Positions 54,843-64,000 of a stretch of 64,000 bases of DNA are shown in pieces (positions within the stretch are counted from its first letter, which is position 1; each line of letters opens with the position of its first letter). The stretch covers positions 16,569-80,568 of the forward strand of contig JAMCQL010000014.1 of assembly GCA_023381615.1 (NCBI GenBank), given 5' to 3'. Source of the stretch: Bacteroidota bacterium (GTDB lineage: Bacteria; Bacteroidota; Ignavibacteria; Kryptoniales; JAKASW01). The position numbers and the translations under genes were made by a program. The notes under the pieces were generated by a model. It made no database searches, was not told the DNA's origin, and saw only the letters and a program-made list of their open reading frames with translations.

Positions 54843-57800
54843 ATGAAACAGACATCATCCCTTCTTTTCAAACTGTCGGCTTTTCTATTTGTCACGATTG
54901 CGATCCTCTTGATCGCATCTTATGGGATGGCCGGCGCTCAGACTGTCCCCGAGCAGACTTATTCCGATATGCATTGGAGACTTGTCGGCCCTTATCGCGC
55001 GGGCTGGGCGACAATGGCTGTCGGCGTTGCGAATGAGCCGAACACATTTTACTTCGGTGCAGCCGGCGGCGGTGTGTGGAAGACTATCGATGCCGGACGT
55101 ACATGGCAGCCGCTTATGCAGCACGAGTCAGCTTCTTCTGTTGGCGCTATTGACGTCGCGCCTTCCGATCCGAATGTCATTTATGTCGGCACCGGTCAAG
55201 TGGCGCTGCGCTACGACATACTCTCCGGTGACGGCGTGTACCGTTCGAGTGACGGCGGAAAAACCTGGACGAACGTCGGATTGAAAGAGACGCACCACAT
55301 CGGCCGCATCTTGATCGATCCGCAGAATCCAGATCGGGTTTTAGTTGCGGCGCTTGGACATGTCTTCGGTCCGAATTCGGAGCGCGGAGTCTATCTAACC
55401 AATGACGGCGGCAAGAGCTGGCAGAAGGTTCTCTTTGTGGATGACAGCACAGGCGCGGTTGATCTTGCATTTGATCCTCTGCATCCTTCGGTTGTCTACG
55501 CCGCGCTTTGGCAGATGCGAATGCACCCGTGGCTCGATTACTTCTATCCGCAAACTGGCGCCGGTTCCGGAATTTACAAAAGCGAAGACGGCGGCGAACA
55601 CTGGACACGTCTTACTGGCGGCGGTCTTCCTGACGGCCAATTGGGCCGCATCGGGCTTGGAGTCGCGCGCGGCAGCAGAGGACAAATTGTTTATGCAACT
55701 ATTATCGCATCTAAAGGCGAGAGCGGGTTGTATAAGTCCAATGACGGCGGCAAGAGTTGGCAATTCGTTAACAATGATCAAGGGCTTGCTAACTCATACT
55801 TCAGCCGAGTCACCGTCGATCCGAATAATGCTGATATTGTCTACGTCATGGATCGTTCAATACATCGTTCGGATGATGGAGGAAAACATTTCAGTATGTT
55901 CAAGGGCGCGCCGGGCGGCGACGATTACCATTTCCTTTGGATAAATCCTTCGAACACCAAATACATGATCACGGCTTCCGACCAGGGGTGTGTGGTCAGC
56001 GTTGACAGCGGAAAGTCATGGTCAAGCTGGTACAATCAACCGACAGGGCAATTCTATCACATAGCAGTCGACGATCAATTTCCTTACAAAATTTACAGTG
56101 GACAGCAGGATAACGGCACAGTTGGGATATTGAGCCGCGGTCCGTATGGAGTCATCGAAGATCGCGACTGGCATCCGGTCGGCGGAGATGAACGTGATTA
56201 CGATGTTCCAAAGCCTGGTAATCCGAATCTCGTCTTTGGAAGCGGACTCGGCGGCCATGTCTCGCGCTTCGACAATGTGACGCGACAGGTTGCGGAAATT
56301 TCCCCGTGGCCGGTCTCAAGTTACGGCGCACGGCAAGACGACTGTTCGCTACCGTTACACATGGATCACTCCGCTTGCCTTCTCACAAATCGGGAACCAT
56401 GCGCTGTATTTGGGTAACCAATTTCTGTTCAAGTCAACAGACGATGGCGACCACTGGCAGAAAATAAGTCCCGATCTCAGCGGCAAAATTGCGGGCGCAA
56501 AGGATTATACATATCCCGATCAGACTCAAGCACGCGCCGCCGGTTACGGAGTAATTTTCAGCATAGCACCGTCTCCGGTGTCCGAAGGAGTGATCTGGGT
56601 CGGTACCGATGACGGTCTTATTCAGCTCACGACCGACGGCGGAAAACATTGGAAAAATGTAACGCCAAGTACGGTGCCGATGTGGGCGCGGGTTGATGCG
56701 ATTGATCCATCTCCGTTTTCTATTCATGCCGCTTATGTTGCCATGAACACACACCGGCTCGGTTATTCCAAACCTTTAATTCTCAAGACGACCAACGATG
56801 GACGGACGTGGCAGACTATCACAAATGGGATTCTGGCTGATGAGTTTGTGAACGTAGTTAGGACCGATCCCGTGAAAAAGGGCTTGTTGTATGCCGGTAC
56901 AAACCGCAGCGTGTATGTTTCGTTTGATGATGGAGAAAACTGGCAGCCGCTTACGTTGAACTTTCCCACAACGTGTGTGAACGATCTTGTGGTGCATGAC
57001 GGCGATCTCGTTGCTGGTACACAGGGCAGAGCAATCTGGATTCTGGACGACGTTGAGCCGCTGCGTGAGACTACTGCGAAGTTAGCTTCTGAGTCCGTAC
57101 ATCTTTTCCATCTCGCGGATGCGTGGCGCGTGCGAGCCGACGAAAACAAGGATACGCCATGGCCGCCCGAAACAGCGCTCGGACAGAACCCGCCGACTGG
57201 AGCGATAGTTGATTACTGGCTGAAGGATAATGTGCAAGGTCCGGTGACTCTGACAATCCGCGACTCAAAAGGAAATATTGTCCGGAAATTCTCAAGCCAA
57301 GAGGAGCAGGAGAATCTGCCGGCGCACAGGTACTTCCAAAAAGGATGGATCCATCCGGAAGAACAGCTTGCCGCAACGGCAGGTATGCATCGCTTCGTCT
57401 GGGGTTTACGCTATCCTCGACCGTCCGCTTTGCGGTATGAGTATTCGATTGCGGCTGTCTGGACCGAAGGAACACCGCTCGATCCGGAAGGGCCGCTCGT
57501 GCTGCCCGGCAAATATACTGCTGCACTCACCGTCGCTGGAAAAGATTACAGCCAGCCTTTCGTTGTAAAACTTGATCCGCGCGTTCACGTAAGTGAAAAC
57601 GCTTTACAGGCACAGCTTAAGTTGGCAAAGTCAATCGACGCTGCGATTGAACAGGCGGTGTCCGCGCACAATACGATCAACGACGTCCTGAAAGAGAAAA
57701 AGGGAAGTATTCCAACAGCGACAGCCGACACGCTTTTTGCCCTGGCGGATCGCGGGCAGCCAAGTCTCGCATCCGTTGCCGGTGTCTTGACGGGATTGGA

Positions 57801-57936
57801 AACCGCTGTTCAAGGTGCAGATGCAGCACCGGCTCAGGGCGAAAGTGATGTGTATTCTCATTACCGGAAGGAGCTCGATGGACTTCTCGCGCGCTGGCAT
57901 GCGGTGGAGGCTTCGATGACAAAGAGTGGTAAGTAA
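54843..57936 (+). pseudogene. BNR/Asp-box (sortilin/VPS10-like) repeat protein, interrupted by a frameshift near 56.32 kb
   Basis: ORFs 54843..56417 and 56290..57936 overlap in different frames and together form one protein of about 1030 aa. At least 10 S-x-D-x-G-x-x-W boxes are present (SDGGKTW, NDGGKSW, TDGGKHW, ...). Confidence 0.7.
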
Positions 57937-58177
57937 AGCTCAAGCGAGATTGGCGCCCTGAGAATTGGAAACTCCGGATGAGTTTGATCGAATGTAGGTC
58001 ATGCTCATCCGGGACTTTCCCAGCCATGTTGTGGTTTCGCGAAAAGGGAGAATGAAGTGCATCTGGCTTCTGTATTGTAAAGAGTTGCCTCGGTTGTTAA
58101 ATTATCAAACAACAGCGTGGATTTTGGAGTTAAATGCTGGCAAGATATTCATCCGAACTAAAACTTAGGTAATTACT

Positions 58178-58567
58178 GTGGTCGTTACACTTTGCAAGGC
58201 GAAGATTCATAGAGCAAGAGTGACTCAGGCGGAGCTTTATTACGAAGGGAGCCTGACGGTGGACACTGAACTTCTGAAGGCGTCTGGGATTCTCCCTTAC
58301 GAAAAAGTTCAAGTGGTAAATGTCAACAACGGAGCACGGTTCGAGACTTACATAATTCCCGGCAAAGCGAAGTCAGGAATAATTTGTCTGAACGGACCCG
58401 CCGCAAGGTTAGGTACCGTCGGGGATGAAGTCGTTATAATCTCTTATGCAGAGTTCGAGGAGTCGGAGGCTAAGGGCTATGAACCGATAGTTGTCCTCGT
58501 CGATCAGAAAAATAAGATTAAAAGAATTATTAAAGGTCATTTGGAAGAACCAACGGACTTGAAATAG
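58178..58567 (+). CDS. panD: aspartate 1-decarboxylase
   Basis: Has CKAKIHRARVTQAELYYEGSLTVD (the self-processing G-S site) and a GTG start. Confidence 0.9.
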   Translation: MVVTLCKAKIHRARVTQAELYYEGSLTVDTELLKASGILPYEKVQVVNVNNGARFETYIIPGKAKSGIICLNGPAARLGTVGDEVVIISYAEFEESEAKGYEPIVVLVDQKNKIKRIIKGHLEEPTDLK

Positions 58568-58571
58568 AATC

Positions 58572-59342
58572 ATGCATACAACCCCCTTTCAGACAGTAAT
58601 CCTCGCTGCCGGCAAAGGAAAAAGGATGAAGAATCCTGATTTGCCCAAGGTCATGTATAAAGTTAATGGCAAACCAATGGTCGACCATGTGGTCGAACTG
58701 GCGCATAAGCTTGGGAGCCTCTCGGTCATTGCCATTGTTGGTTTCAAGCGCGAGGTCGTGATCGACCATCTGCGGGAAGCTTTTGGCAATGAAGTCACAT
58801 TTGCCGTCCAGGAAGAGCAGCTCGGTACCGGACACGCGGTTATGCAGATCGAGCAGATGCTGAAGGACTTCAACGGAGACGTTCTTGTCCTTTCCGGCGA
58901 TGTGCCGCTGCTGACAGAGAAGACGATGCGGCAGCTTTTGAAAAAGCACCAGGAAAGCGGCGCGGTGATGACCGTCCTGACCGCCAAAATTAACGACCCG
59001 ACCGGCTATGGCAGGATCATCCGTCTTTCCGATGGTCACGTCGATAGGATAGCCGAGGAAAAGGATGCCGCGCCGGAAGAAAAGAAAATCGACGAGATAA
59101 ATTCGGGGATTTACGTTTTCAAGTGCAAGGAGCTGTTCGACGCACTTCATCACTTAAGCCCGGAAAATGCCCAGCACGAGTATTACCTGACGGATGTTCT
59201 CGGCTACTTTGCCCATCACGGAATGAGGGTCAGCGCAGTTCTAGCAAAGCATTTCGACGAAATCAGAGGCGTGAATACCGTAGACCAGCTCTCGGAGGCC
59301 GAAAAAGCTCTCCAGACGAATAATGAGGTCTTTGGGAGCTAA
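58572..59342 (+). CDS. nucleotidyltransferase, GlmU N-terminal-domain-like (no hexapeptide domain)
   Basis: Has VILAAGKGKRMK, LPKV, EQLGTGHAV and LSGDVPL. Confidence 0.8.
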   Translation: MHTTPFQTVILAAGKGKRMKNPDLPKVMYKVNGKPMVDHVVELAHKLGSLSVIAIVGFKREVVIDHLREAFGNEVTFAVQEEQLGTGHAVMQIEQMLKDFNGDVLVLSGDVPLLTEKTMRQLLKKHQESGAVMTVLTAKINDPTGYGRIIRLSDGHVDRIAEEKDAAPEEKKIDEINSGIYVFKCKELFDALHHLSPENAQHEYYLTDVLGYFAHHGMRVSAVLAKHFDEIRGVNTVDQLSEAEKALQTNNEVFGS

Positions 59343-59343
59343 G

Positions 59344-59526
59344 ATGACAAGCGCCGAACAAAAGAAGCTGATTGAAGAGCTGAAATACAAGACTTCCAAG
59401 ATGGTGCCCAAAGACAAGTACGATTATGAAATGTTCGTAAAGCGGGACAAGGATGACGAAGATCTCGATTCTCTGTCCATGAAGAGGCTCCGAGAATTGC
59501 ACGCCAAATATTCGGGGAAAAAGTAA
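59344..59526 (+). CDS. small hypothetical charged protein
   Basis: 60 aa, Lys/Glu/Asp-rich, starting immediately after the upstream stop. No family recognised. Confidence 0.35.
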   Translation: MTSAEQKKLIEELKYKTSKMVPKDKYDYEMFVKRDKDDEDLDSLSMKRLRELHAKYSGKK

Positions 59527-59879
59527 AAGTTGCTCAAAGGCTTGGAGTAGCTCGCATGCACCGCCAAGTCATTTCCTGCCGCTCTTAACCACAACAACAA
59601 AACTTTCGCATGGCCTTGATGTGCGAATCCGACCCGTTTTCGAGGGTGCCTGTGACATTCAACAAACTCAGCCAAAAAAATGTTTGGTGAATTCTAATTT
59701 TGGAAGCAAATTTATAGTAGCAAATGCTCGGTGAACGGGCAATGAAATCGTCGACAGACCTTTATGGACTGTCTTTCGTTGGGGCCGGATTTCTGATAAC
59801 CTTCTGCGGCACCAAAGAAATTTGCTTGGATTAATATCCGGGCATAGAGCGTTGAGCATCGTTAACTAATAATGGAGGA

Positions 59880-60605
59880 ATGATGAAAGGACCCAGAATT
59901 CGAGGTCTGATTATCAGAATCGTTGCATTGGTGGTAGTTGGAATCGCAATCGTCGTTACCAGCGAATCGGACGCTGCCCGCTACTCATATGACAGCACCG
60001 TAATCCCTGAGAATTCCATACCAAAACTTGACCGCCAAACTTACATTTTCTTAACCGAATATGGCAAACAGCTTCAGGACTTGAGTTACACTTATGGTGT
60101 GGATTGGCGGCTGGCATTGGCTGTCTTAAGGCAGGAGTCGGCCTTCAATCCCGAGGCAACCTCTTACAAAGGCGCCGAAGGATTTATGCAGTTGATGCCC
60201 GAAACCGGACTTTGGCTTGCGTCCTTGCATAATGTCGAGGATATTTCCAGTCCTGTCGCGAATATCCAACTCGGCGTAATCCATTTAAGAGATATGCTGA
60301 GGGACTTTCCTGAAGCAGAAGGAGAAAACCGGCTTGAACTCGCCGTCGCGGCTTACAACTCTGGTTTATCGCGTGTTCAGGATGCACAGGCTGTCGCTGA
60401 ATTTCTCGGTGATAATCCAAACACATGGCCATCAGTCAAATCTGCTCTTCCGCTGTTGTCCAAAAGATTTGCGCCTCTTCAGAAGCACATTTGGAGAACG
60501 GGAAGACCAACCTCGGGATACTTTGGTGGATATGACCAAACTTTAGTCTACGTTGAAAATGTGATGCACTATTACAATATTTATCAGAATGTTTTGCACA
60601 GGTAA
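59880..60605 (+). CDS. lytic transglycosylase (SLT domain)
   Basis: Has an N-terminal anchor and the catalytic region QESAFNPEATSYKGAEGFMQLMPETG. Preceded by GGAGG. Confidence 0.8.
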   Translation: MMKGPRIRGLIIRIVALVVVGIAIVVTSESDAARYSYDSTVIPENSIPKLDRQTYIFLTEYGKQLQDLSYTYGVDWRLALAVLRQESAFNPEATSYKGAEGFMQLMPETGLWLASLHNVEDISSPVANIQLGVIHLRDMLRDFPEAEGENRLELAVAAYNSGLSRVQDAQAVAEFLGDNPNTWPSVKSALPLLSKRFAPLQKHIWRTGRPTSGYFGGYDQTLVYVENVMHYYNIYQNVLHR

Positions 60606-61333
60606 TGAAAACTGAATCTACTTTTCTCGGGCGGCAACCCCGACTTGTGGGGGTCGCCGCCTTTTTTTGTTTCATATTAATTTCAACTCCGGCTTTTGTT
60701 TATGCTCAACCGCCCAAGTGGGATGTGAGTATTTTCAGGAGCATCAACAACTCCCGCTCAAGTTTCCTCGATGCGACAGTTGGTGGTAATGACAATGCTG
60801 TCTTACCGATCGCTATTGGGACTCCGCTCGTCTTCGCCGGCGTCGGTCTGGCTGAAAAAGATGCTTACACTTTCGACACGGGCGCAATGGTCGGATTTTC
60901 CGAAGCTTTAGCTTATGTTTTGTATTACCCTATTAAGAACTTTATTGTGAAGCGTGAGCGGCCTTACGTTGCACTTAGCGGAGTCCACACGATGCATCTC
61001 GACAGCGCCGACAAATATTCGATGCCTTCAGGACATACCACCGCCGCATTTGCGATCGCGACGGCGCTGACTCTCCGTTATCCCAAGCCATATGTTTATA
61101 TTCCCGCGTATGCGTGGGCGGCTTTCGTCGGATACGGAAGAATGTACCTCGGTCTGCATTATCCCAGTGATGTGCTTGCGGGAGCGATACTTGGAAGCGC
61201 ATCGGCAATAGCAATTCATCTCATCAGCCCGGAAATCACAAAGCTGCGCGAGAAAATTCTTGGAGACAAATTGGGAATACAATTAAGTGCGTCTCCGGTT
61301 CCGGCACTCGTGAATTTGAGAATCGATTTCTGA
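60605..61333 (+). CDS. PAP2-family phosphatase
   Basis: Has KRERP, PSGHT and GLHYPSDVLAGA, the three PAP2 motifs. Confidence 0.8.
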   Translation: MKTESTFLGRQPRLVGVAAFFCFILISTPAFVYAQPPKWDVSIFRSINNSRSSFLDATVGGNDNAVLPIAIGTPLVFAGVGLAEKDAYTFDTGAMVGFSEALAYVLYYPIKNFIVKRERPYVALSGVHTMHLDSADKYSMPSGHTTAAFAIATALTLRYPKPYVYIPAYAWAAFVGYGRMYLGLHYPSDVLAGAILGSASAIAIHLISPEITKLREKILGDKLGIQLSASPVPALVNLRIDF

Positions 61334-61338
61334 CAAGC

Positions 61339-62283
61339 ATGTCCTCGCAACGTCCGGATAAAATAAAAATTTTTCTCGGATATATTCTGATCTGCCTAAT
61401 CTGGGGAACGACCTGGCTTGCTATCAAAGTATCAATTTTCTCTCTTCCTCCGTTTTTCAGCGCCGGTCTGAGATTCACCCTTGCCTCGGTTTTGATTCTA
61501 GTCGTTCTGAAATTTCGCAAATACAAGTATCATTTTGATTTCAAACAGACAATCTTCCTTTTACTCGTTGGGCTTGGGTCATTCAGCGTTCCTTACGGTT
61601 TGGTTTACTGGGCTGAGGGAAGGATAACCTCAGGACTCACCGCCGTAACGTTCGCGGTTATGCCTTTCTTTGCGGCGATTCTATCCAAGTTCTTTTTGAA
61701 GACAAATGACCTGTCATTCTGGAAAGTTTTCGGGATATTGCTGGGATTTAGCGGACTCATTGTAATCTTCTGGGGGGATTTGAATGTGGGATCCATCGAT
61801 ACCGCCGAGGGAATTCTTGCCGTGGTTGTGAGTTCGTTCTTCAATGCGCTTGTTGCAGTGAACGTCAAGAAATACGGCAAGGACATCGATCCGATTTTTA
61901 TAAACCTGATTCCGATGGCTTTGGGCGCAGTTACCCTCCTTTTGACAAGCGTCTTCATCGAAAGCTGGAGCAGTCTGAAATTTGATCTGCCGACGATTAC
62001 GGCAATTCTGTACCTTGCGGTGTTTGGCTCGGTCGTCGCATTTGCAATTTACTTTTACCTTCTCAAGCACATCAGTGTTGTGCTTCTCTCAATGACTTCA
62101 TTCATCACGCCTGTCCTCGCGATATTTTCTGGCGCAGTTTTTCTCAGCGAGAAATTTCCTTCCGGTACACTCATCGGAGCAGGCTTGATCTTGATGGGCA
62201 TACTCTTCATTAATCTCTACGGCGAGCGTGAAGTGAAATTGGAGGAGCAGACAAAAGAGAGCGGAGAAATCTCAACTAAGTGA
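61339..62283 (+). CDS. EamA/DMT-family transporter
   Basis: About 10 TM helices and duplicated EamA-like halves. Confidence 0.8.
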   Translation: MSSQRPDKIKIFLGYILICLIWGTTWLAIKVSIFSLPPFFSAGLRFTLASVLILVVLKFRKYKYHFDFKQTIFLLLVGLGSFSVPYGLVYWAEGRITSGLTAVTFAVMPFFAAILSKFFLKTNDLSFWKVFGILLGFSGLIVIFWGDLNVGSIDTAEGILAVVVSSFFNALVAVNVKKYGKDIDPIFINLIPMALGAVTLLLTSVFIESWSSLKFDLPTITAILYLAVFGSVVAFAIYFYLLKHISVVLLSMTSFITPVLAIFSGAVFLSEKFPSGTLIGAGLILMGILFINLYGEREVKLEEQTKESGEISTK

Positions 62284-64000
62284 AAAGCTTTACCGTTTTC
62301 ACATTAATCCTTATTTTTGCCGGATCGTCTTTCGCTCAAGAAAAGTATTCCGGAAAAAACGAAAAGAGCAGCTATCGCAGCCAACAGGTTCTGAAGACGA
62401 ACTATGTCGGTCGGCATTCTTACGATGTGCTTAATTATAAGCTTTTCATGGACTGGTATAACGTCCTTGCCGGGCAGTCACTTAGGTATAATGGGATCAT
62501 GCAGGTTACCTTTCGTCCGGATCTTGTTAGCCCTCTCGATTCGATAAGGCTCGACAACGATCCGCTTCATTTGCGTGTCGATTCGGCTTTTGCCAACGGA
62601 CAGAACCTGCCGCTCAACGGCTCCAATGGAAAGCTGACCGTTTTTCTGGATAAGCCGTATTCATCAGGCGATACCGGCGTGGTGACACTGTATTACCATG
62701 TGAACAATCCGGGGACGGCAAACTCCGATCAGCAAAAGGGATTTTACTTGTACTATGCCGGAGAGCAGCCTACAGCCGGATACACCGTTCCGCACACGGT
62801 GGCTTACACGATGAGTGAGCCGAGCGATGCACGGTATTGGATGCCGTGTTATGACGATCCCTCGGATAAGGCGCTCAGCGAAATTTCCGTCAGAGTCCCG
62901 AAAGGTTTTGTGGCAGCATCAAATGGTACGCTTGTAAACACGACAGACAACCACGATGGAAGCGCGACTTTCAATTGGGCGGAAGGCTATCCTATCGCAA
63001 CATATCTCATGTGCGCCACGGCGGCGCAATTTTCTGTTGTACAAAGTAATTATGTCAAGAGCAGCGGCGTTTCAATGCCGGTGCAATACTATGTTTATCC
63101 TGAAGATTCTTCCGCGGCTGTTTCAAACCCTGAGTGCAACATTGACAGCGTTGTCTCGATGATAAAGTTCTACGCGTCCATTTACGGTGAATATCCGTTT
63201 GAGAAATATGGTATGACAGGGATAGAGCCGTTCAAATATGGCGGCATGGAGCATCAAACGATCACTACATTGAACCGAAGATATGAGTTCAGCAGGAGAG
63301 TGGTTGCACATGAACTTGCTCATCAGTGGTGGGGCGACATGGTCACGTTGGGAACATGGAACGACATTTGGCTCAACGAAAGTTTCGCTACATATTCCGA
63401 AGCGATGCAGTTACAGCACTTAAGTCCGTCGGAATTTGAAAATGAAATGCAGAGTTATGCCAGTGGGTATTTTTTGGAGGACAGCACTATCAGGTATCCG
63501 ATATACGCTCCGCCTCCGGGCTACCTTTTTGGTTTGGCGGAATATTACAAAGGAGCGTGGGTTCTCCACATGCTGAGAAATACCGTAGGGGATTCGACAT
63601 TCTTCGCAATATTCAAAAATTATCGTTCCGATTTTGAATACGGGAATGCCGTTACTTCTGATTTCATAAATGTTGTGAACCAGACCTCGCGCACTGACAT
63701 GAATTGGTTCTTCAACGAGTGGATTTACGGGCAGGGTTACCCGGTTTACAGCTACACTTATCGGACATCCGGCAATTCATTGATATTCTATTTGAAGCAA
63801 GAACAGACTAACGCGCCCATTTTTAAAATGCCTGTCCAGTTTGCGGTTTACTGGGGAGGAAAGCAGGCGATTTTTTCCTTCGTCGATTCATTGCAATTGC
63901 AAACCGCCACGTTCTCCTATCTGTCCCCAATTGATTCGCTTGAATTCGATCCAAACAATTTAATTCTAAAGAAGACAGTTGCTTGGGGCGACTCAACAAT
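62280..64000 (+). CDS. M1-family aminopeptidase, 3' end outside window
   Basis: The frame is open from the GTG at 62280 to the window end, so it is not in the ORF track (no stop). Signal peptide VKSFTVFTLILIFAGSSFA. GGMEHQT and VAHELAHQWWGD...WLNESF give the HEXXH-E zinc site. Confidence 0.85.
   Translation, partial: MKSFTVFTLILIFAGSSFAQEKYSGKNEKSSYRSQQVLKTNYVGRHSYDVLNYKLFMDWYNVLAGQSLRYNGIMQVTFRPDLVSPLDSIRLDNDPLHLRVDSAFANGQNLPLNGSNGKLTVFLDKPYSSGDTGVVTLYYHVNNPGTANSDQQKGFYLYYAGEQPTAGYTVPHTVAYTMSEPSDARYWMPCYDDPSDKALSEISVRVPKGFVAASNGTLVNTTDNHDGSATFNWAEGYPIATYLMCATAAQFSVVQSNYVKSSGVSMPVQYYVYPEDSSAAVSNPECNIDSVVSMIKFYASIYGEYPFEKYGMTGIEPFKYGGMEHQTITTLNRRYEFSRRVVAHELAHQWWGDMVTLGTWNDIWLNESFATYSEAMQLQHLSPSEFENEMQSYASGYFLEDSTIRYPIYAPPPGYLFGLAEYYKGAWVLHMLRNTVGDSTFFAIFKNYRSDFEYGNAVTSDFINVVNQTSRTDMNWFFNEWIYGQGYPVYSYTYRTSGNSLIFYLKQEQTNAPIFKMPVQFAVYWGGKQAIFSFVDSLQLQTATFSYLSPIDSLEFDPNNLILKKTVAWGDST

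Noticed and set aside
55177-55944. Several 120-180-aa alternative-frame ORFs inside the BNR-repeat gene
   Set aside because: A GC-rich coding region generates long off-frame ORFs. Only the frame with the Asp-box repeats is coherent.

Overview
64-kb chromosomal window from a Gram-negative bacterium. Outer-membrane barrels, a TonB-dependent receptor and BNR proteins are present. GroEL and gene content suggest an Ignavibacteria/FCB-group lineage, but I cannot verify that here. Most of the window is housekeeping: an otsB fragment, groES-groEL with two CIRCE operators, a ferredoxin with an NfnAB-like oxidoreductase, alanine dehydrogenase, a CoA-transferase, reverse transsulfuration (CBS, cystathionine gamma-lyase), MqnC/E, metK-ahcY, pepT, a complete hypC-A-B-F-D-E hydrogenase-maturation set, prolyl oligopeptidase, panD, envelope genes and an M1 peptidase. 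Six things are accessory or unusual. (i) Two paralogous MerR regulators carry a duplicated P-C-W cysteine-rich C-terminal module. Each opens a redox operon: one a multihaem cytochrome c / cytochrome b module, the other an SQR-like/DUF1641/TusE-like/DsrE-like sulfur module. (ii) A Cyc2-like fused monohaem cytochrome-porin lies next to a di-haem peroxidase. (iii) A 1.5-kb IS4-superfamily IS is present, plus two identical 196-bp MITEs whose ends resemble the IS ends. (iv) A RelE/antitoxin+MITE insertion is bracketed by a perfect 107-bp duplication of the oligopeptidase 3' end. (v) A visibly AT-richer island holds two tandem Type II R-M systems bordered by gene relics. (vi) There are dense families of palindromic (CCTTGWCAAGG) and tandem (7-, 9-, 16-bp) repeats, several inside or touching hypF. 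I recognised no rRNA, tRNA or CRISPR array. All family calls rest on motifs read by eye, without database searches.
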